The position numbers and the translations under genes were made by a program. Below the pieces are notes generated by a model that worked only from the letters and a program-made list of their open reading frames with translations, ran no database searches and had not been told where the DNA came from. Shown here piece after piece: positions 9,374-19,077 of a stretch of 64,000 nt of DNA. Source of the stretch: Ignavibacteriota bacterium (lineage in GTDB: Bacteria; Bacteroidota; Ignavibacteria; UBA10030); the NCBI GenBank assembly GCA_963727825.1, contig CAVSHO010000014.1, positions 42,897 to 106,896 of the forward strand, written 5' to 3'. The first letter of the stretch is position 1, and each line of letters starts with the position of its first letter.

Positions 9374-10156
9374 TTACCATTTTAATGGTTTTGAATTGAG
9401 AAAAGCGTCAATTCCCTTCTTGCAATCCTCTGTCATACGCGTCAACGCGTTTAGATGAGAAGCATAATCCAATGCATCACCCGTTTCCATTCCATAGACA
9501 CGCGCGAGAAGTTCTTTTATCAATCCCATAGATGTACTACTGTTGTTTGTGATTAATTCGTTCGCCAGCTGCATACCTATTTTCTCTAAGTCGATTGATG
9601 GAACAACTTTGCTGATAAGCCCGAGCTTAAACGATTCTTCTGCATCGATTAGATTGCCCTGCAGTACAAGCTCGCGAGCATGTCCTTCACCAATCCGTCT
9701 TACTAAATAAATCATAACGATCGCCGGGATAAGGCCCATCTTCGCTTCAGTATATCCAAACTTTGCTGTTTCACGCGCAGCTATAACGAAATCACATATA
9801 GTTGCCAATCCGCATCCGCCTGCAATTGCTTCTCCCTGAACAAGAGCAATAACTGGTTTTCGCAATGTATATATTTGTTGAAAGAGTTTCATCAAATCTG
9901 TCGAGTCTTGCAGATTCTGATTAAAATCGTATTTAGAAATACGTTCAAGGTAGGAATGTTCCAAACCAGAACAAAATGAATCTCCTTCTGCGCGTAATAT
10001 CACCGCTTTGACTACAGAGTCTCTCTGCGTTTGTACAAATGCCTGGGTCAGTTCAGAAACCATTTGATCATCAAGGGCATTTTGTTTTTCCGGCCAATTG
10101 AGTGAGATAATCCCAATTCGTTTTTCGATTGTATATGTAATACGATAGAATTCCAC
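9374..10156 (-). CDS. Enoyl-CoA hydratase/isomerase (methylglutaconyl-CoA hydratase-like)
   Basis: KPVIALVQGEAIAGGCGL, FGYTEAKMG. Confidence 0.85.
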   Translation of the reverse strand: MEFYRITYTIEKRIGIISLNWPEKQNALDDQMVSELTQAFVQTQRDSVVKAVILRAEGDSFCSGLEHSYLERISKYDFNQNLQDSTDLMKLFQQIYTLRKPVIALVQGEAIAGGCGLATICDFVIAARETAKFGYTEAKMGLIPAIVMIYLVRRIGEGHARELVLQGNLIDAEESFKLGLISKVVPSIDLEKIGMQLANELITNNSSTSMGLIKELLARVYGMETGDALDYASHLNALTRMTEDCKKGIDAFLNSKPLKW

Positions 10157-10268
10157 ATGTCACCTTTTATGGTTGTGAAAGTAGCAAGAAGGGAAATGAA
10201 AAGCAATGTTTCAGATCGAGATGGAAAATAAATCTTGTAACTTTATTGTAATGAGGATAAATCCATAA

Positions 10269-10739
10269 CTATTTTTGGGCAGCAATTTTTATCCTTGTTG
10301 TTTCTTTTGGGCTTGAGAGAACAAGACTTGTTGTTGTTTTGGAAACACCCTGCCATGATTGGATTTTTGATAATAACTTTTCCAGGCCATCAGTGTTTTC
10401 TGTCCGCACTTTCAACAGATGCGTACCATTCCCTGTTATTGCATGACACTCTTGGATATCGTCTGTTTTCATAACATGTTCAAGAACAGTTTCATAGTGT
10501 TTCGATGAGTCTACCGTAACAATGACAAACGCAGTAATGTCTTTTCCAAGACGTTTATGGTTCAGTTTTGCGTAATATCCTTGAATAATGCCATCCTCTT
10601 CAAGTTTATGCATTCGCTCACTTACAGCCGGAAGTGAGAGTCCTACCTTTTCTGCCAATTCGTTCCGTTTCGTTCTCCCTTCAACCTGGAGAACTTCAAG
10701 TAACTCGCAATCTATTTTATCCAGCATCATAAACTCCAC
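10269..10739 (-). CDS. Lrp/AsnC family transcriptional regulator
   Basis: LDKIDCELL, ELAEKVGLSLPAVSERMHKLE, ECHAITG. Confidence 0.92.
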   Translation of the reverse strand: MEFMMLDKIDCELLEVLQVEGRTKRNELAEKVGLSLPAVSERMHKLEEDGIIQGYYAKLNHKRLGKDITAFVIVTVDSSKHYETVLEHVMKTDDIQECHAITGNGTHLLKVRTENTDGLEKLLSKIQSWQGVSKTTTSLVLSSPKETTRIKIAAQK

Positions 10740-10921
10740 CCTTCTTTGCTAACGCATTATTCGATCTATACGATAATATATTAACACTTTCACAATATTT
10801 ACCTGAAGATGTTAAGATTTCTATCAATAAAATGCAAGATATAATTAATAGAATATTAGTAAGCTATTTTAAATATTCCGCAAATCATGCAAAAGTGATA
10901 AATGTTATTGTGCAGCGGTCA

Positions 10922-11575
10922 TTACTTTGCGGCAGTTCGTAGAGAAACAATAGCTTTTTTTATAGACTTTGCCTTAAATACAGATGTTCCAGCAACAAGA
11001 ACGTTGGCGCCTGCTTCAATAACGGAACGCGCGGTGTTTTGGTCTATTCCGCCATCAACTTCAAGCATAATTTCTCTTTTTGAGTGGCTAATCATTTCTC
11101 TTGTTTCATGAATTTTTCTAAGGGAATTTTTAATGAAGCTCTGACCTCCAAACCCCGGCTCAACAGTCATAATAAGAATCAAATCGACTTCATCGATTAT
11201 ATTCTGAATCGTAGCCACCGGAGTTGATGGATCAAGCGCTACCCCAGCTTTGCTGCCGCTTTCTTTTATCGCTTGAATAGTTCGATACAGGTGTGGACAA
11301 GTTTCCTGATGGACTGTTATAATATCTGCGCCGGCAGAACGAAATGAAGAAAGTAATTTTTCTGGCTCCTCAATCATTAGATGCACATCTAATGGGAGTT
11401 TTGTGCATCCACGAACTGCACTGACAAGAGGCGGGCCAAATGTAATATTAGGAACAAAATGTCCATCCATTACATCAAGATGAATTAAATCCGCTCCACC
11501 CTTTTCGGCTTCAACAACCTGTTTTCCAAGAATAGTAAAATCTGCGGCAAGCAATGAAGTAGCAATTTTAATCAT
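10922..11575 (-). CDS. rpe: Ribulose-phosphate 3-epimerase
   Basis: IHLDVMDGHFVPN, DVHLM, EVDGG; start set at MIKIAT. Confidence 0.95.
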   Translation of the reverse strand: MIKIATSLLAADFTILGKQVVEAEKGGADLIHLDVMDGHFVPNITFGPPLVSAVRGCTKLPLDVHLMIEEPEKLLSSFRSAGADIITVHQETCPHLYRTIQAIKESGSKAGVALDPSTPVATIQNIIDEVDLILIMTVEPGFGGQSFIKNSLRKIHETREMISHSKREIMLEVDGGIDQNTARSVIEAGANVLVAGTSVFKAKSIKKAIVSLRTAAK

Positions 11576-11579
11576 ATAA

Positions 11580-12341
11580 TTAATTCTCGAGCTTGTTTTT
11601 TGTGTCTGTCTTTTGTGCAATAACTAAATCTATGGCTTGACCCAACTGTAGAAGTTCACCAGCTTTTGGATTTTGTTCAAGAATCGTGTTGGGAAGGATA
11701 TCTATATTGGTCTGATAAGTTGTTTTCCCAATCTGAAACCCATTATCGATGAGTATTTTCTCGGCTTCATCTAAGGTCTTCAACGAAACATCCGGTACCG
11801 GATGTTTATCCGTAGAGCGCCCTTGACTAACTGTGACATTGATACTATTGCCACCTTTTATTTTCACGCCTGGTTGAATTTCTTGGCTAATAATCGTGTT
11901 TGCAAATATTTCTTCTGAAGGTTCATACGAAATTGTTCCAAGCTTGAGATTAAATTTTTCAAGATTGAAAGCTGCCTCTCGTACAGACTTGCCCCTTAAA
12001 TTTGGAACATCAACTAGTGCTTCTCCGCCGCTGATAGTTAAATATACTCCTCTATCTCGTTTTACTTCTGATTCAGCAATTGGGTTTTGTAACGTGATTG
12101 TACCGATTTTATACCTTTTATCATTTTTGTATTCTGCTTCTTTAGGATCTAATCCAGCTTCTTTGATTTTTTGTTTTGCATCTTCGAGAGATAATCCAAT
12201 GACATCGGGAACCTTCGTTGTCTTCCCCTTCTGAACATATAAAGGCATTAGAATATTGTTGAAAAGGAAGAAAATAATAAGTCCTATGATTGCAACAATG
12301 CCAATTGGTATTGCAGCTTTTTTAATTTTATCTCTTTTCAT
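11580..12341 (-). CDS. PASTA-domain membrane protein (3 PASTA repeats)
   Basis: TM anchor then VPDVIG / VPNLRG / VPDVS repeats. Confidence 0.85.
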   Translation of the reverse strand: MKRDKIKKAAIPIGIVAIIGLIIFFLFNNILMPLYVQKGKTTKVPDVIGLSLEDAKQKIKEAGLDPKEAEYKNDKRYKIGTITLQNPIAESEVKRDRGVYLTISGGEALVDVPNLRGKSVREAAFNLEKFNLKLGTISYEPSEEIFANTIISQEIQPGVKIKGGNSINVTVSQGRSTDKHPVPDVSLKTLDEAEKILIDNGFQIGKTTYQTNIDILPNTILEQNPKAGELLQLGQAIDLVIAQKTDTKNKLEN

Positions 12342-12691
12342 AAACAGATCGATTCTATTAACAATCGAATATAATTATTAATGGATTGAATTACAATGTG
12401 CTTCCACTTTTAGCATAGAATCATATATTTGAGCGATTTAGCTCTAAAACTAACCTGATAAGATATAGAAAAAACGTAAATGTGCTATTTCCTTATACAA
12501 GTTAAAGTGGTTTTTACAGGATTTCGAAACATTATAGGAATTATCGGCACCTCTGGATTTTTATTGCGAAAGTCTGCTTCACAATAAATTTATAATAATG
12601 TTTATCATATGATTTTCATAAATTGCTTCTCAGTCTAATCTTCTATATATTTTTCACAATTGTCTTTCAATAATCAATTATTGCATAATCT

Positions 12692-13111
12692 ATGAAAAGA
12701 GAATATAGAGAACTCGCAAATGCCGCTCAAAAAGCAAAGCTCAACTCCTATTCTCCTTTTTCTAAATTCAGAGTCGGTGCAGCGCTTCTCACAAAGGATG
12801 GTACAATTTTTACGGGATGTAATATCGAAAACAGTTCGTATGGACTTACGATCTGCGCAGAACGAGTTGCAATTTTTAATGCCATTTCATCAGGAGCATT
12901 AAAATTCAAGGCTATTGCAATTGCTTCAGATTATCATGGTTTTATATCTCCATGCGGTGCTTGTCGGCAAGTTCTCTCTGACTTAGCTGGCGATATAGAT
13001 TTTATAATGGTAGATTCTAAAGAACGACTTAAAATTTTAAAACTCAAATCTCTTCTGCCCTTTGCATTTTCTGGAAAAAACTTGAAGCATCCAATTAAAC
13101 TGAAGAAATAA
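12692..13111 (+). CDS. cdd: Cytidine deaminase
   Basis: [22 protein letters not shown]. Confidence 0.95.
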   Translation: MKREYRELANAAQKAKLNSYSPFSKFRVGAALLTKDGTIFTGCNIENSSYGLTICAERVAIFNAISSGALKFKAIAIASDYHGFISPCGACRQVLSDLAGDIDFIMVDSKERLKILKLKSLLPFAFSGKNLKHPIKLKK

Positions 13112-13113
13112 TT

Positions 13114-13689
13114 ATGGATACATCTGAATTGCATGATATTCCCCGTAATACCGGTTGGATTGAAGTAGTTTGCGGTTGTATGTTTAGCGGTAAAACTGAA
13201 GAACTCATACGTCGTCTTCGGCGGGCACAAATTGCAAAACAAAGAGTCGTTGTTTTCAAACCTAAAATTGATACGCGATATAGCTCGGAGCATATTGTTT
13301 CGCACAGCGAACAATCATTAAATGCTCTTGTAATCGAAGATGCTGATGAAATTTTGGACTTAGTTGGTGATGCACAGGTGATTGGAATTGATGAAGGCCA
13401 ATTTTTTAAATCAAATATAGTCGACGTTTGTAATCAGTTGGCAAATCAAGGAAAGCGAATTATTGTTGCTGGACTCGATCAAGATTACAGAGGAAATCCT
13501 TTCGAACCAATGCCTCAACTCCTTGCTATATCAGAATATATCACCAAAACCTTAGCAATTTGTGTAGTATGTGGAAATCCTGCTGATAGGACTCAACGGA
13601 AAAGTGAGCAACACGAACTTGTTATTGTTGGTGCTAAGGATATTTATGAAGCAAGATGCCGAAATTGTCATAAACCTCCGAAAGAATAG
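13114..13689 (+). CDS. tdk: Thymidine kinase
   Basis: [29 protein letters not shown]. Confidence 0.96.
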   Translation: MDTSELHDIPRNTGWIEVVCGCMFSGKTEELIRRLRRAQIAKQRVVVFKPKIDTRYSSEHIVSHSEQSLNALVIEDADEILDLVGDAQVIGIDEGQFFKSNIVDVCNQLANQGKRIIVAGLDQDYRGNPFEPMPQLLAISEYITKTLAICVVCGNPADRTQRKSEQHELVIVGAKDIYEARCRNCHKPPKE

Positions 13690-13719
13690 AACTACGGAGC
13701 ACGATCCATTTGCAGCTCA

Positions 13720-14565
13720 TTGATCAGTGAAAAATTGATTACAAAGAAGAAAATCAAAGATGCGTTGGGTTTTATTCGCGATGTTACAGATTTCAAACCT
13801 CAGATTGCACTGATTCTTGGATCTGGGCTAGGTGAATTTACTAAGAATATTAGTATAGTCTCTTCAATTTCGGCATCTAAAATACCTAATTACCCTGTTT
13901 CGTCTGTTCAAGGTCATGCCGGAAAGCTTATTTTTGGTTATTTGCAAAAGGATTCCACAGAATCGACACCTCTTCTCATTTTTCAAGGGCGTGTTCATTT
14001 CTATGAATTTGGATTTATTGACCGAGTCGTATTCCCGGTAATTATCGCACATCATATAGGTGTTAGAAAACTAGTTATTACAAATGCTGCTGGTGGTTTG
14101 AATAGTTGTTTCTCTGCGGGTGATTTTATGCTTATCAAAGATATCTTAAATCTCACTTTCCTACAGCAGCATTCAAAGAACAAAAAAAACGGGTTCTCGA
14201 CTTATGCTCCTAATGAATATTTTGACCATAAGATGCAACAAATGGTTCTTCAATGCGCAGCCCAACTTAAAATACCGATGCAACAAGGTACTTACTGTTG
14301 GTTAAAAGGTCCATCATATGAAACGCCATCAGAAATTCAGATGCTTAAGCGCCTCGGTGTCGATGCAGTCGGCATGTCAACTGTTCCAGAAATTTATACT
14401 TCCTTCAGTTTAGGAATGAAAACCGTTGGAATTTCGCTTATTTCAAACCTGGCTGCCGGTATTTCTAAGAACAAACTTTCGCATATAGAAGTTACAGAAA
14501 CAGCAAACAATGTGAAGGAGCGATTCTCTGAATTAATGGAAAAACTTCTTCTTTCAATCAATTGA
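13720..14565 (+). CDS. punA: Purine nucleoside phosphorylase (trimeric type)
   Basis: ILGSGLG, QGRVHFYE, GPSYET, VGMSTVPE. Confidence 0.9.
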   Translation: MISEKLITKKKIKDALGFIRDVTDFKPQIALILGSGLGEFTKNISIVSSISASKIPNYPVSSVQGHAGKLIFGYLQKDSTESTPLLIFQGRVHFYEFGFIDRVVFPVIIAHHIGVRKLVITNAAGGLNSCFSAGDFMLIKDILNLTFLQQHSKNKKNGFSTYAPNEYFDHKMQQMVLQCAAQLKIPMQQGTYCWLKGPSYETPSEIQMLKRLGVDAVGMSTVPEIYTSFSLGMKTVGISLISNLAAGISKNKLSHIEVTETANNVKERFSELMEKLLLSIN

Positions 14566-16247
14566 TATATCATTCTTTCACTTTTACTTTTTTTAGAATG
14601 CCTATGAATTTTATACCATACAACGAACTACAATCCGGGGAATCAGGATTTTCCCGCCTTTTTGTCGACTATATTGACAATTATTCGCTCGTTAAAGATT
14701 TTTTCATCGGCGATTTTCGTGATAAAAAACTATGGCAATCACAAATTAATGCGGTGTCACACCGAGAAATTGATCGATCTTCGCTTGCCCAAGTTCTTTT
14801 AAATCAGAATCGCGATTATCAATGCGGCATTAAGACATTAGCAAACATTGACCTTCTTCTTAGCGATAATACTGTTGCTATTGTCACTGGCCAACAGGTT
14901 GGCCTTTTCACCGGCCCCCTTTATACCCTGTATAAAATATTGACCACTCTCAAACTTACTGAGCAACTCTCTCAACAATATCCTGAATACAACTTTGTCC
15001 CAATATTTTGGCTTGAAGGGGAAGACCATGATATAGAAGAAGTAAGTTCTTTCTCTTTTCTCAATGCCTCAAATGAACTTCAAGAGCTGCGCTATCCATC
15101 TGAAGATAAAACAAGTGGGAATAATTTAGGTGCAGTTGGCGGTGTTCATCTAAGTGAATCAATAGGAATGCTTTTCCGCAATCTTCATCAAGCTTTGTTA
15201 CCGACAGAATATTCGCCAAAGGTTTTTGAGTTATTCGAAACAGCTTACCAAAAAGGAATGACCTTCAGCCGAGCATTTATCCATCTCGTCAATGTTTTAC
15301 TTGAAGACTCTGGACTTGTTTTTTTCGATCCCCATAATCCTGATACAAAGAAAATACTAAAGCCGATCTTTGAACAAGAATTAAACAATATCTCGCACAC
15401 ATGTCGTCTTGTTATTACTCAAAGTGAGATTCTTGAAAAGCAGTATCAAGCTCAAGTTAAACCAAGGGCGGTAAATCTTTTCCTATTCCATAACGGCGGG
15501 CGATATGCCATAGAACCGCACGAGAATGGATTCTCTTTAAAAGGAACACGCCGCACTTTTAGTAAAGAAGAAATGCTTGGATTTCTGAATACTGATCCGA
15601 ATCTTTTCAGTCCAAATGTTGTTCTCCGGCCAATCTGTCAGGATTACCTCTTCCCAACTCTCGCATATGTTGCAGGGCCATCTGAAGTTGCCTACTTTGC
15701 GCAGTTCAAGTTGCTTTATGAGAATTTTAACATACCTGAACCTATTATTTACCCTCGCTGCAGTGCAACTATCGTAGAGGAAAAGATTCAAAAGATTATC
15801 AATAAATATAGCCTTCAACCAAAGGATTTTTTCACTGATATAGAGGTTCTCAAGGAGCGAATATCCGCATCCATCTCTGATTTCAAGGTTGAAGAACTAT
15901 TCTCAAATACATTTGGAACTGTATCTGAAAGTTTAACTAGTCTAAAAGATGGCTTAGAATCAATCGATCCAACACTTGTCCCTGCAATGGAAAACACTCT
16001 TGTACGAATGCAGGGCGCACTTAACGGTTTGAAAGAGAAGACTCTTGCTGCTCAAGTACGTCAGCATGAAATATCATTTCGCCAATTGGACAAAGTGTCA
16101 ATTAGTCTCTTTCCAAATTCTAACTTGCAAGAACGAGAAATGAATATTATTTATTATTTGAATAAATATGGATTAGAACTATTACGATGGTTACGCAGTG
16201 AACTTGTTCTTGACAAATTTATGCACCAGATTATCAGTCTTGAATAA
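14562..16247 (+). CDS. bshC: Bacillithiol biosynthesis cysteine-adding enzyme
   Basis: VTGQQVGLFTGPLY, EDHD, FSPNVVLRP, YVAGPSE, LQER; true start may be ATG 14604. Confidence 0.92.
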   Translation: MIYHSFTFTFFRMPMNFIPYNELQSGESGFSRLFVDYIDNYSLVKDFFIGDFRDKKLWQSQINAVSHREIDRSSLAQVLLNQNRDYQCGIKTLANIDLLLSDNTVAIVTGQQVGLFTGPLYTLYKILTTLKLTEQLSQQYPEYNFVPIFWLEGEDHDIEEVSSFSFLNASNELQELRYPSEDKTSGNNLGAVGGVHLSESIGMLFRNLHQALLPTEYSPKVFELFETAYQKGMTFSRAFIHLVNVLLEDSGLVFFDPHNPDTKKILKPIFEQELNNISHTCRLVITQSEILEKQYQAQVKPRAVNLFLFHNGGRYAIEPHENGFSLKGTRRTFSKEEMLGFLNTDPNLFSPNVVLRPICQDYLFPTLAYVAGPSEVAYFAQFKLLYENFNIPEPIIYPRCSATIVEEKIQKIINKYSLQPKDFFTDIEVLKERISASISDFKVEELFSNTFGTVSESLTSLKDGLESIDPTLVPAMENTLVRMQGALNGLKEKTLAAQVRQHEISFRQLDKVSISLFPNSNLQEREMNIIYYLNKYGLELLRWLRSELVLDKFMHQIISLE

Positions 16248-16323
16248 ACTATTTACGCACCCAACTTTAGAACCTTCCGAAGGTCTCAGCAGATCTAGTT
16301 TGACCTTCGGAAGGTAACCTTGT
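16247..16323. repeat. 77-bp direct repeat copy 1 containing ACCTTCCGAAGGTC inverted pair
   Basis: 75/77 identical to 16489..16565; internal perfect 14-bp IR ACCTTCCGAAGGTC/GACCTTCGGAAGGT. Confidence 0.9.
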
Positions 16324-16326
16324 ATT

Positions 16327-16486
16327 CCTCGTTCCCGAGCTCCTTTATCCGCCATTTTGTTGGCGGGGCTTGGGAACGCCACTTCTGAAAGCTCCGCTTT
16401 CTTCCTTGTTACGAAGCAGAGCTTCAACCACTTCCGTTCCCAACAACTTGCCCGACATTCTTTGTGGCGGGGATGTTGGGAACAAG
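16327..16486. repeat. CTCGTTCCCAA..TTGGGAACGAG-family element with two nested 25-nt inserts
   Basis: Aligns to insert-free copy at 18574..18684; inserts at 16343..16367 and 16447..16471. Confidence 0.85.
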
Positions 16487-16488
16487 AT

Positions 16489-16565
16489 AACTATTTACGC
16501 ACCCAACTTTAGAACCTTCCGAAGGTCACAGCAGATCTAATTTGACCTTCGGAAGGTAACCTTGT
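16489..16565. repeat. 77-bp direct repeat copy 2
   Basis: See 16247..16323. Confidence 0.9.
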
Positions 16566-16699
16566 GATGACTGATATTTATGGTTTTAAGCATACTTATT
16601 ATACTAGTTCTGATACTGTTATTGACGGCAAGAACGCATCTACTCCAGCAGGAACAAATACTAATACTGCTACTTCATCATCTTATAAGAGTATCAGTA

Positions 16700-18104
16700 T
16701 GGAGATATAATAGTACAATAATATTTTTTTAGTTATATTTCTTGTGCCTTTATAGTTTCTCGATTTTGTTAATGGTATCATGTGCTTGTTGCACCTTGAT
16801 ATGAATGCCTCATCTTCAGGAATAATATATGGTCCACGCCTCTGTTGTGACAGAACCATATCCTACATCTTCTTTTCTTGAGGAGGTTCCACCAGTTGCA
16901 TATTGAGTTCTCTGCAGTTCATGACACATCAGGAGCCATACAGGTACCTGTCAGCCATGCCATGCGAGGTGTTTAATCCAACAATATACCTCTTAGGCCT
17001 ATTATCAGCAAACATCTCTTCGAGATATGTTGTTCCATCTTGTCCACCCACTGGTGATGTTACATCGTCTTTAGCATAGATTAAATCTATTGCTGTAAAG
17101 TCTGTCCCCTTATAAGATTGGTTTACAATAACATATTTTGCAGTCTTATCAGTCTTATTCCATGAATCCACAGCACCCTTAACAAATGCCCACCATGCTG
17201 CAGGACAATTAGCAGAATCCAAAAATAATTGCATAGGATAATGCGGTGTCCGGCATGTTTCAATAGTTGGATTTATATATGTTTGCCAGTATATTTGAAA
17301 TAAATCCAACTCAGTAGTTACATCCGTTGCCAATGGATAGTCTAGATTTCTCTTCGGAAATGCTGCATGATCATAAGTTGTTGTGCCGTCGAATTCATCA
17401 TCAATATATGTTTCAAACCTGTTCTGTGTCGAATCACTAAAAGACATAAAATTAGTAGACGATGTTTTTTTCAGACTACTTGATGTTTTGTCTAAATTTT
17501 TTAGTGCGTTTATCCCGACTTGTTCATGCCCTATAATATCATCCAAGCTAAAGTTTGTATTGTTGCTTACTGCTCCATCTTTTTGGTGTATATATTTTAG
17601 TGTGACTAGATCTTTTTGAGTCATGATTCTAATGAAGTATACTCCGTTAGCGACTTCTTGTCCGCCGGAATTTTTTCCATCCCATCGTGCAGTATGTATG
17701 CCTGGATGTAGAACATCATCAACAATAGTTTTTACTTCTTGTCCTAGCATGTTGTATACTTGTATTGTTACATGTGTTGTTCCGGGAATATTGTATCCGA
17801 CTACAGATTCACGTCCAGGGTTTGGGAATACTCCTGCACCAAATTTATATGATATTGGAGCCTTATTTTCTACAGCAGTAGGAGTGTCTAGAGTCATCTC
17901 ATAATTTCCTTTAGCATCACTAGTTGCTTTTCCAACTTTACCATTCTACGATGCTTGAACATTTACACCACTAACTGCGCTAGAATCCTCAGCAGAAAAT
18001 ATATTACCATGAATAGTTTGAGAATATAATGGAGATGCAGCTATTGCTAAAGCCGCAGCCATCCAAAAAGCTCCACGTTTAATACCTCGTAAGATTTTAC
18101 TCAT
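16700..18104 (-). pseudogene. Decayed secreted protein: signal peptide, CarboxypepD_reg-like, FlgD/T9SS-like Ig, zincin-like C-terminus
   Basis: ORFs 17946..18104 and 16929..17897 are in the same frame, separated only by TAG at 17946-17948 (VQAS*NGKVGKATSDAKGNYEMTLDTP). Contains VFPNP..YNMLGQEV..WDGKN..GVYFIR. After 16929 the reading continues in shifted frames (LMCHELQR.., PEDEAFISRC..). 3' end approximate. Confidence 0.7.
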
Positions 18105-18126
18105 ACAATCATCATAGACGTCAGTA

Positions 18127-18142
18127 TTTATAAACTTTACGG
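18127..18142 (-). promoter_or_regulatory. Archaeal-type BRE + TATA box
   Basis: Minus strand CCGTAAAG TTTATAAA; TATA spans -30..-23 from ATG 18104; no SD in between. Confidence 0.5.
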
Positions 18143-18252
18143 TTGTAGTTACTGAGATCATATATAACCTCCCAGCCAAAATACAAAATATTTCTATAGC
18201 GGTATTTAATTCCGCAAATAAAGTCCCATTTCATATAAGAATTAACCGAATT

Positions 18253-18370
18253 GAGAGGGGATTTTCCCGAAGGGATGGGGACGGCAAGGGGTGTGTCATT
18301 TATTCTTGCGTCCTTGATCTTCCAGCAATCGACTTCACACACCCCTGTGGTCCCCCTCTGGAGAGGGGAC
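18253..18370. repeat. CCCCTCT.GAGAGGGG / AGGGGTGTGT..ACACACCCCT palindromic repeat
   Basis: GAGAGGGGA..AAGGGGTGTGT ... ACACACCCCT..CCCCTCTGGAGAGGGGA directly downstream of the DUF559 remnant. Confidence 0.65.
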
Positions 18371-18372
18371 GT

Positions 18373-18570
18373 TCATCCTTTAGCGTGTGTTATCCGAGCT
18401 TCAATCCATTCCCGCAACTGCTCAACAATACCATCAACATTGCACTTCACATCCGAATCCCAAAATCGCATTATTGTCAACCCCAACGATTCCAGTTTCT
18501 CCTGTCTAATTCGATCGGCCTATTCCCTTCCGTCATGGGAATCGCCATCTATCTCAAGAATTAATTTCAA
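18373..18570 (-). pseudogene. DUF559/Vsr-like endonuclease C-terminal remnant
   Basis: Manual translation LKLILEIDGDSHDGRE*ADRIRQEKLESLGLTIMRFWDSDV..; 5' half missing, internal TAG. Confidence 0.8.
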
Positions 18571-18573
18571 TCA

Positions 18574-18684
18574 CCTCGCTCCCAAGCTCAGCTTGGGAGT
18601 GCCACTTCTGAAAGCTCCGCTTTCTTCCTTGTTACGAAGCAGAGCTTCAATCACTTCTGTTCCCAACAAGATGTTGGGAACGAG
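18574..18684. repeat. CTCG(C/T)TCCCAA..TTGGGAACGAG element, insert-free copy
   Basis: CCCAAGCTCAGCTTGGG..GAAAGCTCCGCTTT..GAAGCAGAGCTTC..CCCAACAAGATGTTGGGAACGAG. Confidence 0.85.
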
Positions 18685-19077
18685 ATAGCATCACCATTTT
18701 CGTCATTTTGAAATATTAATATTTATACCTTCTTAGAAGAAACCAGTTTCTGCCAAAATCCAGGAAATGAGATATCTGCACAATCGGTATTTTCTATAGT
18801 AATATTAGGAATTCTAAGCCCTGCTACTCCGAATGACATTGCAATCCGATCTTCCTTGTTACGAAGCAGAGCTTCAATCACTTCTGTTCCCAACAAGATG
18901 TTGGGAACGAGATAGCATCACCATTTTCGTCATTTTGAAATATTAATATTTATACCTTCTTAGAAGAAACCAGTTTCTGCCAAAATCCAGGAAATGAGAT
19001 ATCTGCACAATCGGTATTTTCTATAGTAATATTAGGAATTCTAAGTCCTGCTACTCCGAATGACATTGCAATCCGAT
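18624..19077. repeat. 227-bp tandem duplication including the aroA 3' end
   Basis: 18624..18850 matches 18851..19077 except C18819/T19046. Confidence 0.9.

Noticed and set aside
16191-16427. 78-aa ORF (and similarly 18251..18688 + and 3430..3714 -)
   Set aside because: They are translations of palindromic repeat DNA or antisense of other genes
17946-17948. Pyrrolysine or host TAG recoding
   Set aside because: Host genes here end in TAG normally (e.g. dnaE, tdk, rimP); no pyl genes seen; the gene has other lesions
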